From assembly GCA_965238075.1 (NCBI GenBank), contig OZ250173.1:1920001-1984000 (forward strand): a DNA stretch of 64,000 nt. Reading direction: 5' to 3'. This DNA comes from Candidatus Entotheonellaceae bacterium (GTDB taxonomy: Bacteria > Tectomicrobia > Entotheonellia > Entotheonellales > Entotheonellaceae). A program made the translations under genes and the position numbers. Of this stretch, positions 51,074-60,916 are shown piece by piece. How positions within the stretch are numbered: the first letter of the stretch is position 1; every line of letters starts with the position of its first letter. The notes under the pieces were generated by a model. The model ran no database searches. It was given only the letters and a program-made list of their open reading frames with translations, and was not told the DNA's origin.

Positions 51074-53119
51074 ATGACGACGCAGCACGCCTCCGCTTCC
51101 CTCCGCCGCCGGCGCAACATCGGCATTATTTCGCATATCGACGCCGGCAAGACGACCGTGACGGAACGCATCCTCTATTACACGGGCCTGACGCACAAGC
51201 TCGGCGAGGTGCATGACGGGCAGGCGGTGATGGATTGGATGCAACAGGAGCGCGAACGCGGCATCACGATCAGCGCGGCGGCGACGACGTGCGACTGGCG
51301 GCGGCACCAGATCACCATCATCGACACGCCCGGGCACGTCGATTTCACCATCGAGGTGGAGCGTTCGCTGCGTGTTCTGGATGGGGCGGTGGCGATCTTC
51401 GCGGCGGTGGAAGGGGTGCAGCCGCAATCCGAATCGGTGTGGTATCAGGCGGACCGTTATCGGGTGCCGCGTTTGGCGTTCATCAACAAAATGGACCGGC
51501 TGGGAGCGGATTACGAGCGCGTGCTGCAGGATATCCGGGATACTCTGGGCGCCTCGCCGCTGCTGCTGCAACTGCCCCTGGGAACGGAAGAGCACTTTCA
51601 GGGGATCATCGACCTGGTTGACATGCAATGCGTGACCTGGCATGCCGACGATGCCGGAATGACGCCGGAGACGGGCGCCATTCCGCCGCAATTTGAGGCG
51701 GCGGCACAGGCGCAGCGGACCGCCTTGCTGGAAACGGTGGCCGAGCACGATGACGACTTGCTGGAACGGTACCTGGCCGGTGAGCCGCTGGACGCCGAAG
51801 CGATTCGCAACGCGGTGCGGAGGAGCACCCTATCCGGTGCCCTCGTGCCGGTGCTCTTGGGCTCCGGGCTGCACAACAAGGGCATCCAGCCGCTTCTGGA
51901 CGCCATCGTGTGGTATTTGCCGTCGCCTGTTGACGTGCCGTCGATTGCCGGCGTCGAGCCGGCGTCGGAAACCACCGTCGAACGCCATAACGACCCGAAC
52001 GAACCGCTGGCGGCGCTTGCCTTCAAGGTCTCGCTGGACCAGGGCCGCCGACTCACTTATCTGCGGCTCTACGCCGGCTGCCTCGAGGCCGGCACGCAGA
52101 TCTACAATCCCAGAACCGGCACAAACGAGCGGGTGGCGCGTCTGCTGCGCATGCATGCGAACAAACGCCAGCGCCTGGACCGAGCGCAGGCCGGGGACAT
52201 CGTGGCCGCCACCGGGTTGAAGGACGCGACGACCGGCGACACCCTGTGCGACCCCGCGCATCCTATCCGCTTCGAGGCCATCGTCTGCCCGGAACCGGTG
52301 ATCAATCTGGCCGTGGAACCGATGACCAACGCTGAGCAGGACAAGTTGCAGTTCGCCCTTGAGAAGCTTGTTGCTGAGGACCCGACCCTGCAGGTGCAGT
52401 TCGATGAGGAGCGGGGACACACTATTTTGTCGGGCATGGGTGAGTTGCACCTGGAGGTGCTCATCCGCCGTCTGTCAGATGAATTTCAGTTGAACGTCAG
52501 TGTGGGGAAACCGCAGGTCGTCTATCGCGAGACCATTCAGGGCGAGGCGGAATGTTCGGAGGCCTTCGACAGGGAAATTGCCGGCAAGCGCCAGTTTGCC
52601 GAGGTTACGCTGGCCGTCGCGCCCGCTGCTTCCGGTGCCGGCCTTGAATTTGCCGGTACGTTGTCGGAAGACGCCGACGCGCCCGCGGAGATGATTGGCG
52701 CCGTGCGGCAGGGCGTTCTTGACGCCGCGTCGTCAGGGGTGATGCAAGGCTATCCGGTGGTCGACGTGCGCGTTGAACCGCGCCGCCTGGTCTGCCGGGT
52801 CGACAGCACCCCGCTGGCCTTTCAGGTCGCCGCCGGACAAGCCTTTCACCGTGCTTTGGAAGCGGCGCAACCCGTCCTGCTCGAGCCGGTGATGAGCCTC
52901 GAAATTCTGATTCCCGAGGCGTTTGTCGGCAGCGTCATCAGCGGTCTGCAGAGCCGCCGCGGCGTTGTCGAAGGCATCGAAAGCCAGGGTCTTCAGCACG
53001 TGCTGCGCGCCCTCGTTCCGCTTGCCGAAACCTTCGGCTACACGACGGATCTGCGTTCCGCCAGCCAAGGCCGCGGCACCTTCAGCATGCAGTTTGCGCA
53101 CTACGCGCCGGCGCCGTAA
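51074..53119 (+). CDS. fusA: Elongation factor G paralogue
   Basis: HIDAGKTT, RGITI, DTPGHVDF, NKMD, GMGELHL, LRS.SQGRG; not in a str operon. Confidence 0.93.
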   Translation: MTTQHASASLRRRRNIGIISHIDAGKTTVTERILYYTGLTHKLGEVHDGQAVMDWMQQERERGITISAAATTCDWRRHQITIIDTPGHVDFTIEVERSLRVLDGAVAIFAAVEGVQPQSESVWYQADRYRVPRLAFINKMDRLGADYERVLQDIRDTLGASPLLLQLPLGTEEHFQGIIDLVDMQCVTWHADDAGMTPETGAIPPQFEAAAQAQRTALLETVAEHDDDLLERYLAGEPLDAEAIRNAVRRSTLSGALVPVLLGSGLHNKGIQPLLDAIVWYLPSPVDVPSIAGVEPASETTVERHNDPNEPLAALAFKVSLDQGRRLTYLRLYAGCLEAGTQIYNPRTGTNERVARLLRMHANKRQRLDRAQAGDIVAATGLKDATTGDTLCDPAHPIRFEAIVCPEPVINLAVEPMTNAEQDKLQFALEKLVAEDPTLQVQFDEERGHTILSGMGELHLEVLIRRLSDEFQLNVSVGKPQVVYRETIQGEAECSEAFDREIAGKRQFAEVTLAVAPAASGAGLEFAGTLSEDADAPAEMIGAVRQGVLDAASSGVMQGYPVVDVRVEPRRLVCRVDSTPLAFQVAAGQAFHRALEAAQPVLLEPVMSLEILIPEAFVGSVISGLQSRRGVVEGIESQGLQHVLRALVPLAETFGYTTDLRSASQGRGTFSMQFAHYAPAP

Positions 53120-53706
53120 CCCGTCGACCGCAGCAGGGCCATCGTCCGCTCCAACGGCAGGCCCACGACATTGTTGTAGCACCCTTCCAAAGCCGCCACG
53201 AATTGTCCGCCGATACCTTGAACGGCGTAGGCGCCAGCCTTGTCGAACGGCTCCCCCGTGGCGATATACGCTTCAATATCCGCGGCGTGCAAGGTGTGAA
53301 AACGTACCCGCGTGCTCACGACGTCGTACTGCGTCATGCCTCGGTTATGGTGCACGACGGCGATGCCGGTCATCACCGTGTGCTCACGCCCGCTGAGGCG
53401 GCTCAGCATGTCGCGCGCCGCGGCGGCGTCGGCCGGCTTGCCGAGGATGTGCTGGTCGAGGACGACAACGGTATCCGCGCCCAGCACCCAGGCAGAGGGG
53501 AATTGCTCAGCCAGTTGTTCGGCCTTCGTCCGGGCCAGACGTACGACATAGGCTTCGGGCGGCTCCGCGGCGTGGTGTCGTTCGTCGATATGTGCCGGCA
53601 TGACGCTGAACGGCAGCTCAAGCGCTGTCAGGAGTTCACGTCGTCGTGGGGAAGCCGAGGCGAGGATCAGGGTGGGGCAAGGGCTGACGTCCGTATCCGA
53701 GGCCAT
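53101..53706 (-). CDS. maf: Maf family nucleoside triphosphate pyrophosphatase
   Basis: LILASASPRR, GADTVV, GKP, DKAGAY, NVVGLP. Confidence 0.95.
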   Translation of the reverse strand: MASDTDVSPCPTLILASASPRRRELLTALELPFSVMPAHIDERHHAAEPPEAYVVRLARTKAEQLAEQFPSAWVLGADTVVVLDQHILGKPADAAAARDMLSRLSGREHTVMTGIAVVHHNRGMTQYDVVSTRVRFHTLHAADIEAYIATGEPFDKAGAYAVQGIGGQFVAALEGCYNNVVGLPLERTMALLRSTGYGAGA

Positions 53707-53723
53707 GGTCGTCCGGTCTGCCG

Positions 53724-54698
53724 TTATACGTCGCGGGTGGTGACGTAATCCGCGATGGCGTACAGCGTGTCCATGGCTGTGCAGGGTGCGAAGGATTCGA
53801 TCTGTTGCTTGGCCTGATCGACGTGTTCCTGCGCCTTGGCAAGGGTGGATTTCAGGGTGTCGTACTTGTGCAGGAGGGCGGTTACCTGCCGCGGGACTGC
53901 CTCGTCGTCGGACCCATTATTTACGTAATCGGTAACGAACTGAGACTCCTCGGGGCTGGCTTGTTGCAGCAACGAAATGATCGGCAGGGTGATCTTGCCC
54001 TCTTTGAGGTCGTTGTGCACCGGCTTGCCGAGCTTGTCGGCGGGGGCGACGAAATCCAGCGTGTCGTCGGTCATTTGGAAAGCCATCCCCAGGTGGTGCC
54101 CGAACGCCTCGACTTTGGCGCGTCGCTGCGGTGAGATGCCGCCGATGATCGCCCCGATTTTGCAACTTGCCGCAAACAGCGAGGCCGTTTTGAGAGCGAT
54201 AATGCGGTAATACTCCGCCTCGCTGATGCCCAGGTCGCGCTGCTTCAGTGTTTCGATCACTTGCCCCTTGGCCATCTCGACGGTCACGTCGGACACTGTT
54301 TCCATAACCAGATGGTCCTTGTCGGCCAGGGCCAGCGACATCGCCTTGGCGTAGAGGTAATCGCCGATCAGGATGGAGATTTCGTTGCCCCAAAGCGAGT
54401 GCACCGTGGGATTGCCGCGCCGCAACTCGGCGTGGTCCATGACGTCGTCGTGCAACAGGGTGGCGGTGTGGATGAACTCAATGACGGTGCTGAGGTCATA
54501 CATGCGCGGACCGGCGTAACTGCACAGGCGAGCCGACAGGATGAGCAGTGCCGGGCGGATGCGCTTGCCGCCGCTGGACAGGACGTATTGCGCGGTCTCT
54601 GAGATGAAGGGAACGTCGGAATCCAGATGCTTGGCGATGGCCGTTTCAACCCGCTGCAAGTCGGCTTCGACGAAGCGCCGCATTTCCTTATATAGCAT
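53724..54698 (-). CDS. Polyprenyl (octaprenyl-type) diphosphate synthase
   Basis: GGKRIRP, LHDDVMD, RRG, KTA, FQMTDD, GKITLP. Confidence 0.93.
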   Translation of the reverse strand: MLYKEMRRFVEADLQRVETAIAKHLDSDVPFISETAQYVLSSGGKRIRPALLILSARLCSYAGPRMYDLSTVIEFIHTATLLHDDVMDHAELRRGNPTVHSLWGNEISILIGDYLYAKAMSLALADKDHLVMETVSDVTVEMAKGQVIETLKQRDLGISEAEYYRIIALKTASLFAASCKIGAIIGGISPQRRAKVEAFGHHLGMAFQMTDDTLDFVAPADKLGKPVHNDLKEGKITLPIISLLQQASPEESQFVTDYVNNGSDDEAVPRQVTALLHKYDTLKSTLAKAQEHVDQAKQQIESFAPCTAMDTLYAIADYVTTRDV

Positions 54699-54910
54699 GA
54701 TATAGCACGAGCTCCACACTTTTCAGCACGGGGATGGGGGGATTTGCAGAGGGGCCAACTCTAGAAGTATCTGCCCTTGGTGTCAAGCCGCCGGCCCGCC
54801 TCAGGATCACGGTGGGTATGGTATACTGGCCACCCTCAATTCAATTGCCAAAACAGCCCGCGGCGGCCCCCCGTGGCGGGCTGAAAACAACACACGCTGG
54901 TGGACAAGTC

Positions 54911-56443
54911 ATGGTGTTGGCCAAGGTGCTCAGCAGCACCCTGTTGGGCGTTGACGCCCATCGCGTTGAGGTGGAGGTCGACCTGGCCAACGGCCTGCCG
55001 ATGTTTACCACGGTGGGGCTGCCCGACGCCTCGGTGCGCGAGAGCCGCGACCGCGTTAAGGCGGCCATGGCCAACTGCGGCTTTCCCTTCCCGCTGCGGC
55101 GCATCACCGTGAATCTGGCCCCGGCGCATCTGCGCAAGGCGGGCACGGCCTTTGACCTGCCGATTGCCCTGGGTGTGCTGCAGGCGGCAGGGTACATCCA
55201 GTCCGGGATGCTCTCTCGCTATCAGGTTGTCGGCGAGTTGTCGCTTGATGGTCGCGTCAAGGCCATCGCTGGCGCCCTGCCGATGGCGGTCGGGGCGCTG
55301 GAATCGGGTGTGGACGGCATGGTGGTGCCGCTTGAGAACGCCGCCGAGGCGGCGGTGGTCGAAGCCGTGCCGGTGTTCGGGGTCGAGACTCTGGCGCAGG
55401 CGATCGGTTTCTTCAACGGTACCGAGTCCCTGTCCCGCACGGTCAGCGACGTCAACGCTTTGTTCGAGGACAAGGCGGTTTATGCGGAGGACTTGGCCGA
55501 CGTCAAAGGCCAGCAGCACGTCAAGCGCGCCCTGGAAGTCGCCGCTGCCGGTGCCCACAACATGCTGTTGATCGGCCCGCCCGGCTCCGGCAAATCGTTG
55601 ATGGCGCGCCGCCTGCCCTCCATCCTGCCCGACATGGAACTGACGGAGGCGATCGAAACGTCGAAGATCCACAGCATCGCCGGCCTGCTGCGCCGCGACC
55701 AGGCCCTCGTCGCCACGCGTCCCTTCCGTTCCCCCCACCACTCGACATCCGATGCGGGGCTGATCGGCGGCGGCACGATTCCGGGGCCGGGAGAGGTCAG
55801 CCTCGCGCACAACGGCGTGCTGTTCCTTGATGAGCTGCCCGAATTTCGCCGCAGCGTGCTGGAGGTGTTGCGGCAGCCGCTGGAAGACGCGCAGGTGACC
55901 ATCGCCCGCGCCTCCATGTCCCTGACGTTCCCGGCCCGCTTCATGCTGGCGGCGGCGATGAATCCTTGCCCATGCGGCTACAGCACCGACCCGCAGCGTG
56001 CCTGCCACTGCTCGGCGCAGCAGCTGCAACGTTACACCAGCCGAATTTCCGGCCCCCTCCTGGACCGGATTGACATCCATATCGAGGTGCCGCCCGTGCG
56101 CTATGCCGACCTGGCTTCTTCCGCCGCCGCCGAACCTTCGGCCGCCGTGCGAGCGCGGGTGAACACCGCCCGGCAGCGTCAGCGGGCTCGGTTCGCCGGC
56201 ACTGACATTCCTCACAACGCCGCGATGGGCGTCCGCAACATCCGGCAATACTGCAAGCTCGACGCGGCCGGCGAACGCCTGCTCGAACAGGCGATGCACC
56301 GCTTCGGCCTCAGCGCCAGGGCCCACGACCGCATCCGCAAAGTGGCTCGCACCATCGCCGACCTCGCCGGTGCCGATGCCATCGGCATCGAGCATCTCTC
56401 GGAAGCCGTCCAGTACCGCACCCTTGACCGCCAATCGGGCTGA
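54911..56443 (+). CDS. comM: ComM / YifB Mg-chelatase-like ATPase
   Basis: VGLPD..VRES, GPPGSGKS, PFRSPHH, LDELPEF, NPCPCG. Confidence 0.95.
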   Translation: MVLAKVLSSTLLGVDAHRVEVEVDLANGLPMFTTVGLPDASVRESRDRVKAAMANCGFPFPLRRITVNLAPAHLRKAGTAFDLPIALGVLQAAGYIQSGMLSRYQVVGELSLDGRVKAIAGALPMAVGALESGVDGMVVPLENAAEAAVVEAVPVFGVETLAQAIGFFNGTESLSRTVSDVNALFEDKAVYAEDLADVKGQQHVKRALEVAAAGAHNMLLIGPPGSGKSLMARRLPSILPDMELTEAIETSKIHSIAGLLRRDQALVATRPFRSPHHSTSDAGLIGGGTIPGPGEVSLAHNGVLFLDELPEFRRSVLEVLRQPLEDAQVTIARASMSLTFPARFMLAAAMNPCPCGYSTDPQRACHCSAQQLQRYTSRISGPLLDRIDIHIEVPPVRYADLASSAAAEPSAAVRARVNTARQRQRARFAGTDIPHNAAMGVRNIRQYCKLDAAGERLLEQAMHRFGLSARAHDRIRKVARTIADLAGADAIGIEHLSEAVQYRTLDRQSG

Positions 56444-56595
56444 TCGTGCCCCGATTCAGCCTTCCTTTGCCAGTCGCCCCGATGCCTCCGGCCCGAGGAG
56501 AAACGCCCATGCAGTTCTGCTATACTGTCGCCTCGCCGCACGCCTGAGAGGTATGCGGCATCTTCTCTACCTTTCTCTGAAGATTTGAGGTGCCT

Positions 56596-56886
56596 ATGTT
56601 TGGCATTGGGTTGCCGGAGCTTATTCTGATTTTGGTCTTGGCGCTGCTGGTTTTGGGACCCCAACGTCTGCCAGAGGCCGCCCGCATGCTGGGGCGTGGC
56701 TATGCCTATCTGCGGCAGGCTAGTGAGGAGTTCCAGAACACCATCAAGCAGGACGTTGCGGCCATGGACCGCCAGGAAGACGCGCAGCAGAACAAGGCAG
56801 TCGCTCAAGAAATACGGGAACGCTTTGCCACCGTCCCGGAGGCGCAGACAACCATCAGCCTGACGGAGCAGCCCCAGGATGGTTGA
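56596..56886 (+). CDS. tatB: Twin-arginine translocase TatA/B subunit
   Basis: MFGIGLPEL......LLVLGP.RLPE; upstream of tatC. Confidence 0.85.
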   Translation: MFGIGLPELILILVLALLVLGPQRLPEAARMLGRGYAYLRQASEEFQNTIKQDVAAMDRQEDAQQNKAVAQEIRERFATVPEAQTTISLTEQPQDG

Positions 56887-57634
56887 TACCCCCATGCCGT
56901 TGACGGCACACCTTACGGAGTTGCGGACGCGGCTCTTCTGGAGTGTGGCCGCCCTTACCGTTGGTTTTCTGATCTGTTACGGATTCTCCGATTTTATTGT
57001 CGCGGCAGTGCAGTTCCCTTGGATGCCGATTGGCGAGGGCCTGCACGTGCCGCTGCAGATCATCGCCCCCGCCGAAGCCTTTCTCACGTACCTTAAAGTC
57101 GCCTTCTTCGCCGGGCTGTTCATCGTTTTGCCCGTCATCCTGCACCAGTTGTGGAAATTCGTGGCGCCGGGACTCCTGGAGCACGAGCGCAAGTACACGA
57201 TCCCCTTTCTGGTTGGCTCGACGACGCTGTTCTATGCGGGCGGCGCGTTGTTCTATCTCCTCCTGCCGTTTGTGGTGACCTTCCTCCTCAGCTTCGCCAG
57301 CGACGACATCACCGCGCACCTGTCGGTCGGCTATTACGTCTCCTTCTGCCTGCGGCTGATGATCGCCTTCGGGCTTGTCTTTCAACTGCCCGTCGTGGTG
57401 GTGTTTCTCACCCAGCTCGGTCTGGTCACTTCACGCGGCCTGATCCGGCATTTCCGTTACGCGGTGGTGCTGGCCTTTGTCCTCGCCGCGATTCTGACCC
57501 CGCCGGACCCGATTTCACAGAGCTTCATGGCGCTGCCGACGCTGTTGCTCTATAGCGCCAGCATCCTGGTCGCCAAGCGCATCGAGTCGCGCCGGGCGCG
57601 CGAAGCTGACGATGATGATGACGAGGAGGATTAG
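56879..57634 (+). CDS. tatC: Twin-arginine translocase TatC
   Basis: HLTELR.RL, W.FVAPGL...ER, FQLP, AAILTPPD. Confidence 0.96.
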   Translation: MVDTPMPLTAHLTELRTRLFWSVAALTVGFLICYGFSDFIVAAVQFPWMPIGEGLHVPLQIIAPAEAFLTYLKVAFFAGLFIVLPVILHQLWKFVAPGLLEHERKYTIPFLVGSTTLFYAGGALFYLLLPFVVTFLLSFASDDITAHLSVGYYVSFCLRLMIAFGLVFQLPVVVVFLTQLGLVTSRGLIRHFRYAVVLAFVLAAILTPPDPISQSFMALPTLLLYSASILVAKRIESRRAREADDDDDEED

Positions 57635-57646
57635 GGAGAACCGATC

Positions 57647-58324
57647 ATGGTGGAATCCATGCGCAATATAGACCTGGCAAGTATGAGCAATATCTTCAAG
57701 GAGCGATTTGACAGCCTAATTGAAGGACGCCTCTTCTTCACGATTGAGGAGCCTTTTGAGGACCTGTTGCGCCGCACCGAGGCGCTGCTGGAAGGGCACT
57801 TCGTCCTCACCTCCGGCCTGCACAGTTCGCGCTATATCCAATGCGCCCGCACGCTGCAACATCCGAAGTATGCCGAAGGGTTGGGGGGTTGTCTGGCGGA
57901 CACGTTCCAAGATCAGGCGGTGGATGCGGTCATCTCGCTGGCCGTGGGCGGCCTCATCATCGGGCACGAAACGGCGCGGGCGCTCGGCGTGCGGGCGCTC
58001 TTTGGCGAACGCGAGAACGGTGTGATGACCTTGCGACGGGGATTCGACCTGCAGCCGGCGGAGCGGGTGGTGATCGTCGAGGACGTCATCACCACCGGCG
58101 GTTCGGTGCGCGAGCTGATACGTCTGGTGCAGGAGTTGGAGGGGATTGTGCTGGGCGTCGGAGCCATTCTGGATCGCAGCGGCGGTCAGGTCGACCTGGG
58201 CGTACCGCTGAACGCCTTACTCACCCTGCAGGTACCTACCTATACGCCCGAGGCATGTCCCCTGTGCCAGCAGGGCAGCGCGCCGGTGAAGCCGGGGAGC
58301 CGGCAGCAGGGAGCGGGGGGCTAG
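57647..58324 (+). CDS. pyrE: Orotate phosphoribosyltransferase
   Basis: GHFVLTSG.HS..Y.QC, VEDVITTGGS, CPLC..G...KPGSR; start uncertain. Confidence 0.93.
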   Translation: MVESMRNIDLASMSNIFKERFDSLIEGRLFFTIEEPFEDLLRRTEALLEGHFVLTSGLHSSRYIQCARTLQHPKYAEGLGGCLADTFQDQAVDAVISLAVGGLIIGHETARALGVRALFGERENGVMTLRRGFDLQPAERVVIVEDVITTGGSVRELIRLVQELEGIVLGVGAILDRSGGQVDLGVPLNALLTLQVPTYTPEACPLCQQGSAPVKPGSRQQGAGG

Positions 58325-58436
58325 GGTTTCTGTGGACCTATAAACGGGTTTTGGTTTTTCGTTGAGCCACGCCGCCGGGGCCAAGCGCACTCCCATGTAC
58401 CAGTTGCCGTTGGTCTGCTGGTAAGGGACCTTCCGG

Positions 58437-59387
58437 CTATCGCGCTTCCCGCAAATGTACGTCGGCGGGATCCAAGCCGCAGTGTTCCAACAGCCGTTTG
58501 GTGTTTTGTCTGAGCTGGCGAGCGTTCAGATTCACGTTCACAAACAGCGGCGTCCCCTCGATGCTTTTGGATATTCCAAATGCCTTGCCGGTCGGGTGGG
58601 TCGGCTCAGTGTGTACGCTGTACACTTGCTTGGTCCATCCTATCGGTAGAGTTTCGACGGTGAGCTTCCTCTCTGTATAAAGCTTCTCGACAACACGGGT
58701 AAGTACCTCGTTCCAATAGGTCAATGTCCGTTCGCTTCCATCCCAGAATCGAATGGCCACTGGGTGCCGCTGGCCTGCTGGCGGATTGTATTCGGATAGC
58801 GCAACCCAATTGGACGACGCCGGTGGCGGCGTGGAGGTCTGCTCAACCTGAGCCGGTGTCGGCGCCAGCTGATGATCCTCAACCACTGGTGTGTTAGCCG
58901 CCACGGGTTGGCCAGACGCCAGGTTAGGTCGCCAGAGCAGTAGGAGGTTCAAGGCGCTTTCGTGGGCTGGAGCGTCGGCGATGGAGGCATCCAGGATCCG
59001 TCGCTCCTCCAAGGTTCCCCGCTTGAAAACGTCGTACAGTTCCCAATGGTTTCCATCGGTGATCCCAGCATATTCAATGCCGGACGCATTTGCGTAGTTG
59101 AGCATCTGCATCCAGTGAGAACCCAGCGGCTCGCCCAGCCTCTTGGCTTCCAGGGTGGCGGCCGGCATACCATCAGATCGCAATAGCGCGTAGTCCGCCG
59201 ATTTGTTCCCTACCTTGTACTCTGGCATCACCATCGCCGGGTCGGAAACGTCCCAGCCCAGGGCGCGCAGCAATGGGTCGATCAGCGCCACGCGCGTGCG
59301 TATTTCATTTTCTGCTAGATCAGTGCGATACGACTGCATACGTTCTTTCAGCACTTCAATGCAGCCCACCAAGTCATCAAGCCCCAT
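58437..59387 (-). CDS. HsdR_N-type PD-(D/E)xK nuclease fused to a SeqA-C-like domain
   Basis: E..TR..LIDP.L..LGWD, PEY, DYAL, EAK, TDG..W..Y; Pro-rich linker; C-terminal IEGTPLFVNVNLNA. Confidence 0.75.
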   Translation of the reverse strand: MGLDDLVGCIEVLKERMQSYRTDLAENEIRTRVALIDPLLRALGWDVSDPAMVMPEYKVGNKSADYALLRSDGMPAATLEAKRLGEPLGSHWMQMLNYANASGIEYAGITDGNHWELYDVFKRGTLEERRILDASIADAPAHESALNLLLLWRPNLASGQPVAANTPVVEDHQLAPTPAQVEQTSTPPPASSNWVALSEYNPPAGQRHPVAIRFWDGSERTLTYWNEVLTRVVEKLYTERKLTVETLPIGWTKQVYSVHTEPTHPTGKAFGISKSIEGTPLFVNVNLNARQLRQNTKRLLEHCGLDPADVHLREAR

Positions 59388-59410
59388 TGCCTCCTCCCGT
59401 GGCGTGGCAC

Positions 59411-59824
59411 CTAAGCGTGACGTTGGACAACCGCAATTCCCATTGCCTCCGCCGCCTTGCGCAACCGATGGTCGAGTGTCGCCAAGGGCAGGCTGCGACG
59501 AAAGGCTACTTCCAAATACGCTGCGTCGTAGACGGTCAACTCAAACCGGCGCGCGAGGTCGAGGAGCAGCGATTCGTCGTGTTCGTCGTCAATTGAAAGG
59601 CCTAGGGCGAGACTGTCCGTCAGCGTGTCCGACACCTGTTGCGGAGAAATCCGGCCGCGGCGCTCGTTCATCAGCAGAGCGTTGCGTAACTCGTACCACC
59701 AGATGCGTGGCGTGACCCCACCCTCTTCGGCCACGTGCCGCATGGCGCTGATCGCCGTGGGTTCCTCTGCGTCCCCCATGCACCAGGCAAGGAAAACGGA
59801 ATTGTCGATGACGATGGGCGTCAA
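59411..59824 (-). CDS. vapC: VapC PIN-domain toxin
   Basis: VIDNS, WYE.RNAL, LT.YDAAYLE, LATLD. Confidence 0.92.
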   Translation of the reverse strand: MTPIVIDNSVFLAWCMGDAEEPTAISAMRHVAEEGGVTPRIWWYELRNALLMNERRGRISPQQVSDTLTDSLALGLSIDDEHDESLLLDLARRFELTVYDAAYLEVAFRRSLPLATLDHRLRKAAEAMGIAVVQRHA

Positions 59825-60063
59825 TAGCGGTGCCCCTCGTGAATTGTGGCCATCAATTCCGCCAACGGCGCTTGCTTGAGGTAGCGCCGTCGCTCGACAA
59901 TGCGCGCGGCCGCTTGCTGCGCCCGTTCGCGATCGGCGGTCACGGGAATCAACTGGGCTACGGGTTTGCCGTGCCGCGTAATGGTCAGATGCTCGCCCCG
60001 CGCTACGCGTTCGAGTAGCTGGGACAGATGCGTCTTGGCTTCATAGGCCCCGATCATTTCCAT
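59821..60063 (-). CDS. Phd/YefM antitoxin
   Basis: IGAYEAKTHLS.LLERV..GE...ITRHGKPVA. Confidence 0.93.
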   Translation of the reverse strand: MEMIGAYEAKTHLSQLLERVARGEHLTITRHGKPVAQLIPVTADRERAQQAAARIVERRRYLKQAPLAELMATIHEGHRY

Positions 60064-60327
60064 TCTGCATCTCCAGATTCCAAATTAGACCAGATATTAC
60101 GACCAGTTTATATGAACAGAACAAACATTTCCATGGCGAACACGCATGAATTATTCCTGAAATAGGGCTCGATGTTTCCGCCAAAACACGGCGTTGCTTG
60201 GCTAGGGTAACGTTAAAGGCAGGACGGAATCTGGAGGAAGGTTCGGAAGGAGAGAGTTCCGCTTCAAGAGAGTTGTAATTCTTCCCTCCATTTGTGATGA
60301 GGCGGGCGGCACAGGATCAACAACCTC

Positions 60328-60717
60328 ATGGATTCGGCCCAAAATACCCACGTCGAATTTGAGCGCGTTTGCAAGAGCTACGACGGACGAGTCCAAGTCG
60401 TGCGTACCTGGACTTGACCGTGCGAGACGGGGAGTTTCTGACCTTGCTTGGTGCCTCCGGCTCGGGCAAGACGACCTGCCTGATGATGCTGGCCGGCTTT
60501 GAGGCGCCCACCTCGGGCACCATCCGCATCCGCGGCCGCTCGGTGCACGACCTGCCGCCGCGCCAGCGGGGTATCGGCGTGGTCTTCCAGAACTACGCGC
60601 TGTTTCCGTGAGCAGATCAGCCCGGCGATTCTGGCCGTGGCGATCTTGTTGATCGCTTTTTCTCTGCTGTTCATGCTGAGTGCGGAATGGCCGCGTCGAC
60701 GGGTGAGGGCGGATTAA
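60328..60717 (+). pseudogene. Collapsed polyamine ABC transporter operon (PotA-like 5' end fused to permease 3' end)
   Basis: Frameshifted GASGSGKTT...VFQNYALFP joined at ~60608 to [12 protein letters not shown]. Confidence 0.8.
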
Positions 60718-60916
60718 GGGGGTCTGTAAAGCGGGGTTTTCAACGTTCTTCGGTGGTTAGTTGCTAAGCTGGACCCTTCTTAAGGACAACAGCGGAGGCA
60801 GTCATAGTAACAGTAGGCATACCCGCACGTGCTGAAATCCGGACACGAACAGGCGTCTCTTCACCTTGTACCTCCCCATGACTCAGCCCCGTGAACCGGG
60901 ACCGCGGTGACGCAAC

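Noticed and set aside
54911-56443. comM as an integration hotspot
   Set aside because: The gene is intact, with no inserted element.
60718-60760. IS terminal repeat (GGGGGTCTGTAAAG); similarly GGTTTGTACCCAGAA at 8391
   Set aside because: No partner IR or transposase nearby, so it cannot be supported.
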